A stretch of DNA of 25,946 nucleotides, taken from the IMG/VR virus record IMGVR_UViG_3300005805_000425, positions 1 to 25,946 of that record; one strand, written 5' to 3'. The translations under genes were made by a program, and so were the position numbers. Positions 7,816 through 17,379 of this stretch are shown here, in pieces; within the stretch, counting starts at the first letter, position 1; every line of letters begins with the position of its first letter. This DNA is from a virus. Taxonomy: Duplodnaviria > Caudoviricetes. Under the pieces are notes generated by a model. That model was given only the letters and a program-made list of their open reading frames with translations, was not told where the DNA came from and searched no databases.

Positions 7816-9090
7816 ATGCCGTTATTTGGCCTAGGCGACATTGTGTTTAATAAGGGACAAAACCTGCTTTCAGGTCCTCTAAGTTCTCTTGCACAAAGTA
7901 AATTTGCTACATCAACATTAAGATATCCTTTAGATGTAGGTGCCGCTGATAAAGGACATTATATGGTTCTTTATATCAGAAAACAAGCAACATCTTCAGT
8001 AGATGATGATCCAACAACAACATCTTTTCTAGAAGCAACCAACTCTGCATTTAAAAATCCTATTAATACTGTAGCAAATTCTGCAACTGAAAGTTTAAAA
8101 CGAAACTTTGGTGGCGATTTATCAACTGGTGTTCAAAGTGCATTTAACACAATAAACAATGCTACAGGTGGAGCAATTGGTAATATAACAAGTTCAATAG
8201 GTAATGCATTTAAAAGTGTGTCTGGAACAATTTCAAGTTTAAATAATCCTTTTGGTCAACCAAGTATTATTAATCCGTCTGGCGCATCTTCACAAGAAAT
8301 TAATCGAAATAATATTAAGTCTTTAACGGCAAGTGGAAATATTTTAAGAGGCATAAGAAAAACCACAAGAACAAATCAAACAATTGCTCTTTATATGCCT
8401 GATACTTTGTTGTTTGAATATAAACAAAAATATGAAGAATTAAGTTTGGCAGAAAGTGTAGTTGGTATTGCTGGCGCTGCAGCAATTGATAAATTAAAAG
8501 AAGGTCAATTTGGTGCGGCAGTTCAGGAAGCTATAAAAGCTGCACCTGGAGCTGCTCAACAACAAGCAAATAAAAGATTAGGTGCTGTGGGTGCCGCAGC
8601 AGGATTTCTTGCAACTGGAGCTGCTGTCAATCCTCTTTTAGAAGTCATTTATACATCACCACAATTTCGATCATTTCAGTATGATTTTCTTTTTTATCCA
8701 AGAGATGAAAGAGAAGCAGTTGAAGTTCAAAAAATAATCAACACGCTTCAGTATCATCAAGCACCTGAATTTAAAAAAGGATCAGCAGGAAGTTTGCTTG
8801 TGCCGCCATCAGAATTTGAAATAGAGTTTTATTATGCTGGCAATAAAAATACTAACTTGCCAAGTATTGGAAATTGTGTATTGCAATCCATACAAGTAAA
8901 CTATGCTCCAAATGGATTTTATGCCTATGAAATTCCTGGTCAAAATGCTACACAGGGTGGTACAGGAATGCCGGTTGCAATTCAAATGACTTTGCAATTC
9001 CAAGAAATTGAATATCTAACAAAAAATAGGCCCGATCAATTTGGATCTGGTGATGCATACGGCAACCGTGATCTTGGAGAAAATTTCTAA
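7816..9090 (+). CDS. 48: Baseplate tail-tube cap gp48
   Basis: LRYPLD, I.LYMP, NP..E..Y..P.FR.F.Y.F.F.PR...EA..V..II, P.EF.I.F, CVL..I.VNY.PNG, MP....MTL.F.E.E.LTK. Confidence 0.88.
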   Translation: MPLFGLGDIVFNKGQNLLSGPLSSLAQSKFATSTLRYPLDVGAADKGHYMVLYIRKQATSSVDDDPTTTSFLEATNSAFKNPINTVANSATESLKRNFGGDLSTGVQSAFNTINNATGGAIGNITSSIGNAFKSVSGTISSLNNPFGQPSIINPSGASSQEINRNNIKSLTASGNILRGIRKTTRTNQTIALYMPDTLLFEYKQKYEELSLAESVVGIAGAAAIDKLKEGQFGAAVQEAIKAAPGAAQQQANKRLGAVGAAAGFLATGAAVNPLLEVIYTSPQFRSFQYDFLFYPRDEREAVEVQKIINTLQYHQAPEFKKGSAGSLLVPPSEFEIEFYYAGNKNTNLPSIGNCVLQSIQVNYAPNGFYAYEIPGQNATQGGTGMPVAIQMTLQFQEIEYLTKNRPDQFGSGDAYGNRDLGENF

Positions 9091-9740
9091 TGGCTAAGTT
9101 TTTTAGATATTATCCTAAAACATTTTATGCAAGCAATACCTCCGCTGCTGGTGTTGATGCAGTCACAAACATTATTACAAGGTTTAGTTTTGAAAGTCAA
9201 TTAAAACAAAATTCAATAGTATTTTACAAATACCAAATACAAGAAGGTGATACACCAGAGATAATTGCAGACAAATATTATGGAAATCCTGAATACCATT
9301 GGGTTGTTTTACTTTTTAATGACATTATAGATCCTCAATTTGACTGGCCTTTAGATCAAAATACACTAATAAAATATATCGATACAAAATATACAGCAAA
9401 TGGTGCTGCAAACACAACGGTTCAATCTGGTCTTGCGTGGGCATTAAGTGAGAATAATGTTCAGGCATATTTTAAAGTAGTTACCACAACAGGAAATGAT
9501 GGCACGATTTCAGTTCAAAAATTAGAAGTTGACAAAAACACATATGCAAATGTGGCATCTACTACAACAAATTATACAACACAAGCCAATCAAGTTGTAA
9601 CAATTGCAATTTCAAAAGAAACTCGTTCACATTACACATATGAAGTAGAAGAAAACGAAAAGAAGCGTGAAATCAACCTTTTAAAATCTGACTTTTTAAC
9701 TGATGTTGAAAAAGAGTTCAAGAGAGTAGTTAGTTTATGA
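9090..9740 (+). CDS. 53: Baseplate wedge protein gp53 (LysM-like)
   Basis: FF..YP, Y.IQEGDTPEIIA.KYYG....HWVVLL.N.I.DP.FDWPL, YE.EENE.KR.I.LLK. Confidence 0.9.
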   Translation: MAKFFRYYPKTFYASNTSAAGVDAVTNIITRFSFESQLKQNSIVFYKYQIQEGDTPEIIADKYYGNPEYHWVVLLFNDIIDPQFDWPLDQNTLIKYIDTKYTANGAANTTVQSGLAWALSENNVQAYFKVVTTTGNDGTISVQKLEVDKNTYANVASTTTNYTTQANQVVTIAISKETRSHYTYEVEENEKKREINLLKSDFLTDVEKEFKRVVSL

Positions 9741-11059
9741 GTTTAAAAATTTCAAAATCAACTCAATTTCATATAGTTGAGTTGGTGATTGTTACTAAAA
9801 CTGATAAATTTGATATAGCAAATCTCTGTCAAGAAATAAACATTTTTGACACAATATTTTTGCCTGTAATGAGTGGCAGTCTTTTGATTAGTGATTCAAT
9901 TGGATTATCAGGAAAACTTTTATTTGATGGATCAGAATCTATTCTCATTCATATTAAAAAAGATGTAAACTCTGAAATTTTAGATTTCAAAAAAGCATTT
10001 AGAATTTACAAACAAACGAATAGAGAACTTGTTAATCCTGGTTTAGAAAAATACATTTTACACTTTACTGCTGATGAATTAATTTACTCAGATCAACAAA
10101 GAGTAAATCAGTCATATGAAACAACTTATTCTCAAATTGTAGAAAAAATATTACTTGACTATTTAAAAGTGCCTCAGAATAATTTAACAGGCATATATGA
10201 ACCATCTATAGGAATTCAAAAAACAGTCATACCTAATTTAAGACCTTTAGAGGCAATTGAATGGTGTGCAAAGAGAGCGATTGACAATAATCAGTCACCA
10301 AGTTTTATGTTTTTTCAAAATATATCTGGATTTAATTTTGTTACACTTTCTACTTTATTAAGTCAAACTTCAATTATTGATATTTCTTATGAAACTAAAA
10401 ATATAAAAGGAGAAACTGCACTTGACGAAATTAGAGGCGCAAGATCATTAGAAGTTATTTCTTTAAATGACAATATTGAAAGAACTCGCTCAGGTGTAAA
10501 TGCAGGTAAATTTATTGGATTCGATCCCATTACAAGAACAATAAGTACCAAAAATATTTCTTATGGTGATCATTATTTAAATATGAAACATGGCAATAAA
10601 ACTCCAAATTTTACACAAATACAAAATCGTGATGGAACAATCAATTCAAAAACTTTTGATTCTAGAAAATCATTAAGTATTTTTAATCATAATCGACAAT
10701 ATAGTGAATATATTAAAAATAAAGATCCTTATTCATTAACAAATAGGTCATTTACTGAAAATTGGTTATTTCAAAGAAAAGCAATTATTAAAAATCTAAT
10801 GTCAAAAAGACTTAAAATTGTAATGCCAGGTAATTTTCAACTTTCTTCTGGATTTAATGTAAATGTTGACGCACCAATTATTGGTGCATCTAGAGGGGAA
10901 GATAAAAGTATTAGTGGCAAGTATGTTATTGTTGCTTCACGACATATTATTGGTTTTGAAAAACATGAAACTATTATTGAAGTTGCAACCAGTTCTTCAG
11001 AAACAGATTATGTGTTGGCAAGCGATACTGAACAGCAATCAGAAATTTTAGAATATTGA
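9737..11059 (+). CDS. Putative baseplate hub protein (gp27-like position and fold)
   Basis: 440 aa between gp53 and gp5; I.IF..I..PV.SG...I.D, IP...P..AI.W, F.FFQ...GFNF, PGN..L..G..V, SGKY.I...RH pattern typical of hub proteins. Confidence 0.6.
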   Translation: MSLKISKSTQFHIVELVIVTKTDKFDIANLCQEINIFDTIFLPVMSGSLLISDSIGLSGKLLFDGSESILIHIKKDVNSEILDFKKAFRIYKQTNRELVNPGLEKYILHFTADELIYSDQQRVNQSYETTYSQIVEKILLDYLKVPQNNLTGIYEPSIGIQKTVIPNLRPLEAIEWCAKRAIDNNQSPSFMFFQNISGFNFVTLSTLLSQTSIIDISYETKNIKGETALDEIRGARSLEVISLNDNIERTRSGVNAGKFIGFDPITRTISTKNISYGDHYLNMKHGNKTPNFTQIQNRDGTINSKTFDSRKSLSIFNHNRQYSEYIKNKDPYSLTNRSFTENWLFQRKAIIKNLMSKRLKIVMPGNFQLSSGFNVNVDAPIIGASRGEDKSISGKYVIVASRHIIGFEKHETIIEVATSSSETDYVLASDTEQQSEILEY

Positions 11060-11060
11060 T

Positions 11061-12050
11061 ATGATTAAAAACGAAGATTCAAAAGACTTTGCTGGTAAAA
11101 ATGGATTTACTTGGTTTATTGGTGTCGTTGAGGACAGAAAAGATCCAATTAAATTAGGTCGTTGTCGTGTGCGATGTGTTGGATGGCACTCAGAAAATAA
11201 AATGAAATTGCCAACTGATATGTTACCTTGGGCAACTTCTGTATTTCCATTAAACAATACAAACCCATACGCACCAAAAGATGGCGATATGGTTTTTGGA
11301 TTTTTTGCAGATGGTGAAAATGCACAAGAACCTGTAATCATAGGATCATTTCCAAGTATACCATTAAATACTGCAAATGCACAAGAACCATTTAATGATT
11401 CCAGATCTGAATCAGATTTAGAAAACTCACCAAGGCCGCCACTATCAAAAACTTACAATACTGATGGTTCAGGCATTACAATAACTGAAAAATCTGCTGC
11501 AAGTCTTTATCCAATAAATTTAGATGAACCAACAACATCAAGAATTGCAAGAAATGATTCTGAATCAATTTCTGGTACATTTATACAAGAAAGAAAAAAT
11601 AACAAAGTAAATAATATTCCTACTGCAACATCAACATGGAATGAACCTGAAACTCAATATGCTGCCGTTTATCCATACAATAATGTTATGGAAACTGAGT
11701 CTGGTCATATTGTTGAATATGACGATACGCCAGGCAAAGAAAGAATTCACATTGCACATAGAAATGGTTCTTTCACAGAATGGTATCCTGACGGCGATAG
11801 AGTAGAAAAAATAACAAAAGACCGCTATGTTGTCGTTATGAAAGACGATCATGTGTATATTATGGGAGATTGCAACATCACGGTGCAAGGAAATGCAGAA
11901 GTTTATGTTGAAAAAAATGCAACAGTCAAAATTGATGGTAATGTAGAAGTTGAAGTTGGCGGCAACTATAACGAATATGTCAAAGGAACATATTCCGTTC
12001 GTTCAGACGGTAATATGCAATTTGATGCACCTAGAATAGACATGAATTAA
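11061..12050 (+). CDS. 5: Baseplate central spike gp5 (OB-fold plus beta-helix, no lysozyme domain)
   Basis: WF.GVVEDR.DP..LGR.RVR..G.H, LPWA, V.GFF.DG..AQ.P, YP.N.V.ETESGH..EYDDTPG.ERIH..H..G, and C-terminal V.G 8-residue repeats. Confidence 0.92.
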   Translation: MIKNEDSKDFAGKNGFTWFIGVVEDRKDPIKLGRCRVRCVGWHSENKMKLPTDMLPWATSVFPLNNTNPYAPKDGDMVFGFFADGENAQEPVIIGSFPSIPLNTANAQEPFNDSRSESDLENSPRPPLSKTYNTDGSGITITEKSAASLYPINLDEPTTSRIARNDSESISGTFIQERKNNKVNNIPTATSTWNEPETQYAAVYPYNNVMETESGHIVEYDDTPGKERIHIAHRNGSFTEWYPDGDRVEKITKDRYVVVMKDDHVYIMGDCNITVQGNAEVYVEKNATVKIDGNVEVEVGGNYNEYVKGTYSVRSDGNMQFDAPRIDMN

Positions 12051-12051
12051 T

Positions 12052-12357
12052 ATGCCAGCTGTAGCAAGAAAAAATGGAACGGACACAATTGCAACCAATC
12101 ATGGTTGTGATGCAACAACTGTGACCAAAGAAGGTTCAAGTGATGTTTTTGTAAATGGAATTGGTGCGGTAAGAGCTGGGGATTTGTGTGAAGTGCATAC
12201 TGTTCCATCAGGACCTGTATGTGTTCCCCATCAAGTTCCTTTGACTTCGTTTTCTTCTACAGTTTTTGTCAATGGAAAAGGCATAGGACGATTAGGAGAT
12301 CAATATTCAGGACATACAGTTACCTCAGGATCAGGTAATGTATTTGCTGGAGGATGA
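12052..12357 (+). CDS. 5.4: PAAR-repeat spike tip protein (gp5.4-like)
   Basis: MPAVAR..D...HGC, GS..VFVNG...R.GD...H, S.TVFVNG....R.GD...H....GS.NVF.G; directly follows gp5. Confidence 0.9.
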   Translation: MPAVARKNGTDTIATNHGCDATTVTKEGSSDVFVNGIGAVRAGDLCEVHTVPSGPVCVPHQVPLTSFSSTVFVNGKGIGRLGDQYSGHTVTSGSGNVFAGG

Positions 12358-12365
12358 AATAAATA
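12358..12365 (+). promoter_or_regulatory. T4-type late promoter AATAAATA upstream of gene 25
   Basis: nATAAATA in a 12-bp intergenic gap, 4 nt before the ATG. Confidence 0.6.
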
Positions 12366-12369
12366 GAAA

Positions 12370-12774
12370 ATGGCCACAGTAACAATAGAAACATCAAGAA
12401 CTTTTAGAGACTTGGATTTGAATTTTACGATTCATCCAGTCAGAAAAGATATTAATACTCATAAAAATGAGTTTGCAGTTATAAATTCTGTCAAAAATTT
12501 AGTGCTCACAAATTATTATGAGCGACCATTTCAACCTGAATTGGGCAGCAGTATTCGCCGTCTTTTGTTTGAAAATGTAGATTCAATTATTGCGGCACAG
12601 TTAGAGAAAGCAATATCAGAGGTAGTTGGAAATTTTGAACCAAGGGCGCAAGTATCAAAAATTACTGCGACTCCAGATCCAGATGAAAATCGATATAAAG
12701 TAGAACTAGAATTTTTTATAGTCAACAATCCAGCGCCAATTACAATTAATTTCTTTTTAGAGCGGATTAGATAA
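12370..12774 (+). CDS. 25: Baseplate wedge subunit gp25
   Basis: F.DLDL.F..HP...D, AV..SVKNLV.T...ERPF.P..GS.I..LLFE, FEPR, L.R.R. Confidence 0.95.
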   Translation: MATVTIETSRTFRDLDLNFTIHPVRKDINTHKNEFAVINSVKNLVLTNYYERPFQPELGSSIRRLLFENVDSIIAAQLEKAISEVVGNFEPRAQVSKITATPDPDENRYKVELEFFIVNNPAPITINFFLERIR

Positions 12775-12776
12775 AC

Positions 12777-14840
12777 ATGGCAAATCGGTTAAGAGTTACA
12801 GAACTTGATTTTGACACAATCAAAAATAACCTTAAAGCATTTTTAAAACAACAGTCAGAGTTTCAAGATTATGATTTTGACGGTTCTGGATTGTCAGTTC
12901 TATTAGACATTCTTGCTTACAATACTCATTATAATGCATACTATTTGAACATGATTGCAAACGAATCATTTTTGGATACTGCATTGCTTCGTGATTCGGT
13001 TGTTTCTCATGCAAAAACTTTAGGGTATACTCCATACTCAAAAAGAGCACCTGTAGCAGTAATTAACTTTACTGTAGATTCAGGAACTACAACTTTTGGC
13101 ACATGTAGTTTGCCAGAAGGTTTTGCTTTTTTATCAAATCAAATTGATGGCGTTGCGTATAATTTTGTCGTATTAGATGACGCACAAGTTACAAAATCAA
13201 ACACAAAATATATTTTTGAAAATCTTGAAATTTACGAAGGTCAACTTGTAACTTATAATTTTACTCACAATCAATCTTCAAATCCAAAACAAGTTTTTCT
13301 TTTGCCAGATTCAAATATTGATACAACAACATTAAAAGTTTCTGTTGCACCATCTTCTTCAAATACTGCAACAACCGTTTATAGTAAAGTAACTGATGTT
13401 TTGAATATAGGTTCAACATCAGAAGTTTATTTTTTACAAGAAGAAAGAAATGGAAAATATCAAATTTACTTTGGTAATGATGTAATTGGCAAAAAACTTC
13501 CTGATGGTGCAATTGTTTATGTAACATATCTTGTAACAAATGGCGATATTGCAAATAAAGCAAATAATTTTGTTGCAACAACTTCTGTTGTTGATTCTTT
13601 AGGTAACTCTATATCAAACTTTACAATTTCGCCAATAAGTGCCGCTGGTGGAGGATCAGATCGTGAATCGGTCGATCAAATTAAATTTTCTGCTGCATCA
13701 AGATTTTCAACACAAAATCGATTAGTTACCTTTAAAGATTATGAAACATACATTTTAAATAATTACCCAAATATTGATTCTATTTCTGTTTGGGGAGGTG
13801 AAGAAAATGATCCGCCTGTTTACGGTAAAGTTTTTATTGCATTAAAACCAAAACAAAATTTCTTTCTTTCAGAATCAGAAAAACAAAGAATAATTGATGA
13901 AATTATTAGTCCAAAATCAATCATTTCAATATCATCTGAAATTATTGATCCAGATTATCTCTATTTGAATTTAGAATCTGATGTTGAGTATGATCCAAAC
14001 AAAACAACAAGAACTGAAAATCAACTTCGTGATGCAATTAGAACTGCTATACTTTCATACAAAACTGCTAACTTAGATAAATTTTCATCTAGGTTGGTAG
14101 ATTCAAAAATTGAAAATGCAATTGACAATGCAGATTTAAATGCAATTATTGGTAATGATTTAACGGTTAGAGTGCAGAAAAGATTTGAACCTATATTAAA
14201 TTCTTCTGGTACATATACACTCAGATATAATGTTCCTTTAAAGCGTGGAACAGCAACAGATAAACTTACATCTACTGAATTTATAGTAAGGGATGGGTCA
14301 GGTGTTGCAAGAAGTGTAATATTTGATGAAGTGCCTGGTTCATCAACAGGAATTTCATCAATATCTGTAACAAGTCCAGGGTTTGGATATTTGTCTGCAC
14401 CAACAATTACAATTACTGGTGATGGCACAGGAGCTACCGCAGAAGCAGTTGTTGTAAATGGTCAAATTGTAAGAATTGATATATTAACTAGAGGTATTGA
14501 TTATACTCGAGCAGTTGTTTCTATTTCTGGTGGTGGAGGATCTGCTGCTACTGCTACTGCAACAATTGATGCAAGAACTGGCACACTAAGAACGATTTAT
14601 TATGATGCAACCGCACAAAGACAAATTGTTGACAGTAACGCAGGCACAATTGATTATGATGCTGGCGTAATTGAAATTTCTGATGTAAATATAATTTCTG
14701 TAAATTCTGAAGATGGATTAATAAGATTAACTCTTGAATCTGAAACTGCAATTATTGAATCAATTAGAAATACAATTATTACAATTGACGAAGAAGATCC
14801 AACATCAATCGTAATTAACTTGTCTAGATCTATTATTTAA
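12777..14840 (+). CDS. 6: Baseplate wedge subunit gp6
   Basis: LDFD.IK.NLK.FL..Q.EF.DYDF.GSGLSVLLD.LAYNTHY, ESFLD.A..R.SVVS.AK.LGY.P, QNR.VT..DY, VWGGE...PP.YGKVFI. Confidence 0.95.
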   Translation: MANRLRVTELDFDTIKNNLKAFLKQQSEFQDYDFDGSGLSVLLDILAYNTHYNAYYLNMIANESFLDTALLRDSVVSHAKTLGYTPYSKRAPVAVINFTVDSGTTTFGTCSLPEGFAFLSNQIDGVAYNFVVLDDAQVTKSNTKYIFENLEIYEGQLVTYNFTHNQSSNPKQVFLLPDSNIDTTTLKVSVAPSSSNTATTVYSKVTDVLNIGSTSEVYFLQEERNGKYQIYFGNDVIGKKLPDGAIVYVTYLVTNGDIANKANNFVATTSVVDSLGNSISNFTISPISAAGGGSDRESVDQIKFSAASRFSTQNRLVTFKDYETYILNNYPNIDSISVWGGEENDPPVYGKVFIALKPKQNFFLSESEKQRIIDEIISPKSIISISSEIIDPDYLYLNLESDVEYDPNKTTRTENQLRDAIRTAILSYKTANLDKFSSRLVDSKIENAIDNADLNAIIGNDLTVRVQKRFEPILNSSGTYTLRYNVPLKRGTATDKLTSTEFIVRDGSGVARSVIFDEVPGSSTGISSISVTSPGFGYLSAPTITITGDGTGATAEAVVVNGQIVRIDILTRGIDYTRAVVSISGGGGSAATATATIDARTGTLRTIYYDATAQRQIVDSNAGTIDYDAGVIEISDVNIISVNSEDGLIRLTLESETAIIESIRNTIITIDEEDPTSIVINLSRSII

Positions 14841-17371
14841 TGCCTAATCAAAAAACTTCTTTACTGATTAATCGTCAGGTTCCTGAATTTATTCGGGAAG
14901 AATATCCTCTTTTTATAACTTTTATAGAGGCATATTATCGTTACCTAGAACTTAAACAAGGTACGCAGTTAAACGATCTCACTTCAACAGCTAAAGATTT
15001 AAGATATATCTCTGATGTAGATTCATCAATTAATGCATTTGAACAATACTTTTTCAATACTTTTGCAGAACTAGTTCCTAGAGATACTGAAGTAGATAAA
15101 GAATTTTTAATTAAAAATGTTTTGCCTCTTTATTTGTCAAAAGGCAATGAAGAAGGATTTAAACTTCTATTCAGACTTTTGTATAATGATGAAGTTGTAA
15201 TTACATATCCAAAAGATAGTATTATTCGTGCATCTGATGGCAAGTGGAATGTAGATAATGTCTTAAAAATTGATACGAATATTCGAAGTGTTTATACTGG
15301 TAATGGTTCAAATACAACATTTTTCTTAGCACAAATTTCAGATTCAGATAAAGTTGAAATTTATGTAAATAATGTTTTAAAAGAAGAAAATACAGATTAT
15401 TCTTTTCTTCGTGAAACAAGAAAAGTAATATTTAATTCTGCGCCAGCATCTAATTCATCAATTGAAATTGTATATACAGACTTTGATATTTCACAATTAA
15501 ACAATAGAAAAATTATAGGAACAACATCTGGTGCAAGTGCAATTGTTGAAAGAGCTGTACCAAGAATTATTACTGATCGATTAAATTTTGGTTTGCCATT
15601 TGAACTTTTCATAAACAATAAAACTTTAATTGGAAATTTTGTAAATGGTGAGGAAATAACAACCGATGTTGTTGATTCAAATGGTACATTAATTAGATTA
15701 GTTGCAGACACATTTTCAATACTCACTAAGATTAATGTTATACGAGGCGGCACAAATTATAATGTTGCTGATCCAGTTACTATTCTTGGTGGAGGCTCAA
15801 CATCTGGCGCTACAGCAGAAGTGGAAACTGTTAGTGATGGATTTACATCAAATATTGTTGTTGCATACGGAGGATCTGGATTTAAAGTTGCAAGTCTTGT
15901 TGAATCTACAAATATTTCTGGGCCAATAATTGTAGGTGCAGTTGCCTCTGTAAACACGATTAGTTCAAATACGGCAAACACATATACAATTACTGATGAT
16001 ATAATCAGTTCTTATGAAAATATTACAATTAACTCAGCAGATTACGGATTTCCAAGTGCGATTACAGAAAATGTAAATACTAGAATTGTAGATGCATTAA
16101 CACCATTGGTAGTTACTGAGTTAGGACCAATGACGAATGTTACTGTTCTATTTTCAAATACTTCAATTAACACATCTGCATTAGATTCTCAAGGCGCAAT
16201 TTATCAAGCAGGTAATAGTTTTTTTGATATTAAAAGTTTTAAATCAATTGGCAGAATTGATATTCTTACTGGCGGTAGTAACTATGAGGTAGGCGATGAA
16301 GTAATCTTTGGCACAAATCCTGTAAACACTTTTGGATATGGTGCTGCAGCAGCAGTTAAAACAATTAATGTAACAACTTCTGCTGTAACAAGCATTGAAA
16401 TTCAACCACCAAGAATAGTAGGAACTGCAAATATACAAAATAATAGTGTTGTCATTACTGGAACTGGCACTTCTTTTGATACTGATTTAAGGGTTGGAGA
16501 TAAGATTGTAATTCGTAGTCAAGAAAGATATATTAATGCAATCACTTCAAGCACATCTGCAAATGTAAATGTTGCGTTTAGATTTTCTGGCGGTAAAACA
16601 TGGGCAAATAATAGCCCTGTTGGATCATTTTCAAGAGGCGTTGTTGGTGGAGTAAATTATACACAAGGTAATTTTCCAACAGTTACAATTTCATCAAACA
16701 ATGGTACAAGTGGAACAATTGCAATTACCTCACTAATTGGTGATGGTGAAGTTGTTACTGCATACTCAAATACTCCAGCAGGTGAAATTCAATCTATTCG
16801 AATTACATCTGGTGGTACAGGTTATCAATATATTCCTCAACTTGATTTATCGGCATACGGTGATGGTAATGCAATTGCAAATGCTGAAATTGGCGCATCT
16901 TATGTTTCTTTCCCAGGCCGTTGGACAACATCAGATTCTATTATTTCCTCTTCTGAAAGAAGAATTCAAGGTAATGATTACTACATTGAATATGCCTATG
17001 TTACTAATTCTTTGACAGAATTTAGTAGATATAAAGAAGTTTTAAGAAAACTTTTACATCCAGCCGGTTTCATAAACTATTCTAATTTAAACCGTGAAAC
17101 ATCAATTGATTTTGTTAATTCTACTATTGAAACAACAACAGAAAATACAATATCTGGTTATGTTTCGGTAAATGCAAATACAGTTTTTGTAACTGGTTCA
17201 AATACTAGATTTAATTTAGCAAATATTCGTTCAATTATGACAATTGGATCAAATATTGCAGTTAATGGAGAAATTAGAACCATTAATAGTTTTGTTAGTA
17301 ATACAAATGTTGAGGTTTCTAGTGCATTTACAACAAACGCAAATACTCAAACCTTAATTATATTGACATAA
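14840..17371 (+). CDS. 7: Baseplate wedge initiator gp7-like
   Basis: Q.PEFI.EEYP.F..F..AYY, IKN....Y.SKG......LLFR.LY, ASDGKW; C-terminal IQ...YY..Y.YV.....Y...L..LLHPAG; lies between gp6 and gp8. Confidence 0.82.
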   Translation: MPNQKTSLLINRQVPEFIREEYPLFITFIEAYYRYLELKQGTQLNDLTSTAKDLRYISDVDSSINAFEQYFFNTFAELVPRDTEVDKEFLIKNVLPLYLSKGNEEGFKLLFRLLYNDEVVITYPKDSIIRASDGKWNVDNVLKIDTNIRSVYTGNGSNTTFFLAQISDSDKVEIYVNNVLKEENTDYSFLRETRKVIFNSAPASNSSIEIVYTDFDISQLNNRKIIGTTSGASAIVERAVPRIITDRLNFGLPFELFINNKTLIGNFVNGEEITTDVVDSNGTLIRLVADTFSILTKINVIRGGTNYNVADPVTILGGGSTSGATAEVETVSDGFTSNIVVAYGGSGFKVASLVESTNISGPIIVGAVASVNTISSNTANTYTITDDIISSYENITINSADYGFPSAITENVNTRIVDALTPLVVTELGPMTNVTVLFSNTSINTSALDSQGAIYQAGNSFFDIKSFKSIGRIDILTGGSNYEVGDEVIFGTNPVNTFGYGAAAAVKTINVTTSAVTSIEIQPPRIVGTANIQNNSVVITGTGTSFDTDLRVGDKIVIRSQERYINAITSSTSANVNVAFRFSGGKTWANNSPVGSFSRGVVGGVNYTQGNFPTVTISSNNGTSGTIAITSLIGDGEVVTAYSNTPAGEIQSIRITSGGTGYQYIPQLDLSAYGDGNAIANAEIGASYVSFPGRWTTSDSIISSSERRIQGNDYYIEYAYVTNSLTEFSRYKEVLRKLLHPAGFINYSNLNRETSIDFVNSTIETTTENTISGYVSVNANTVFVTGSNTRFNLANIRSIMTIGSNIAVNGEIRTINSFVSNTNVEVSSAFTTNANTQTLIILT

Positions 17372-17374
17372 ATA
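17367..17374 (+). promoter_or_regulatory. T4-type late promoter CATAAATA upstream of gene 8
   Basis: Overlaps the gp7 stop codon, 5 nt before the gp8 ATG. Confidence 0.6.
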
Positions 17375-17379
17375 ATACT

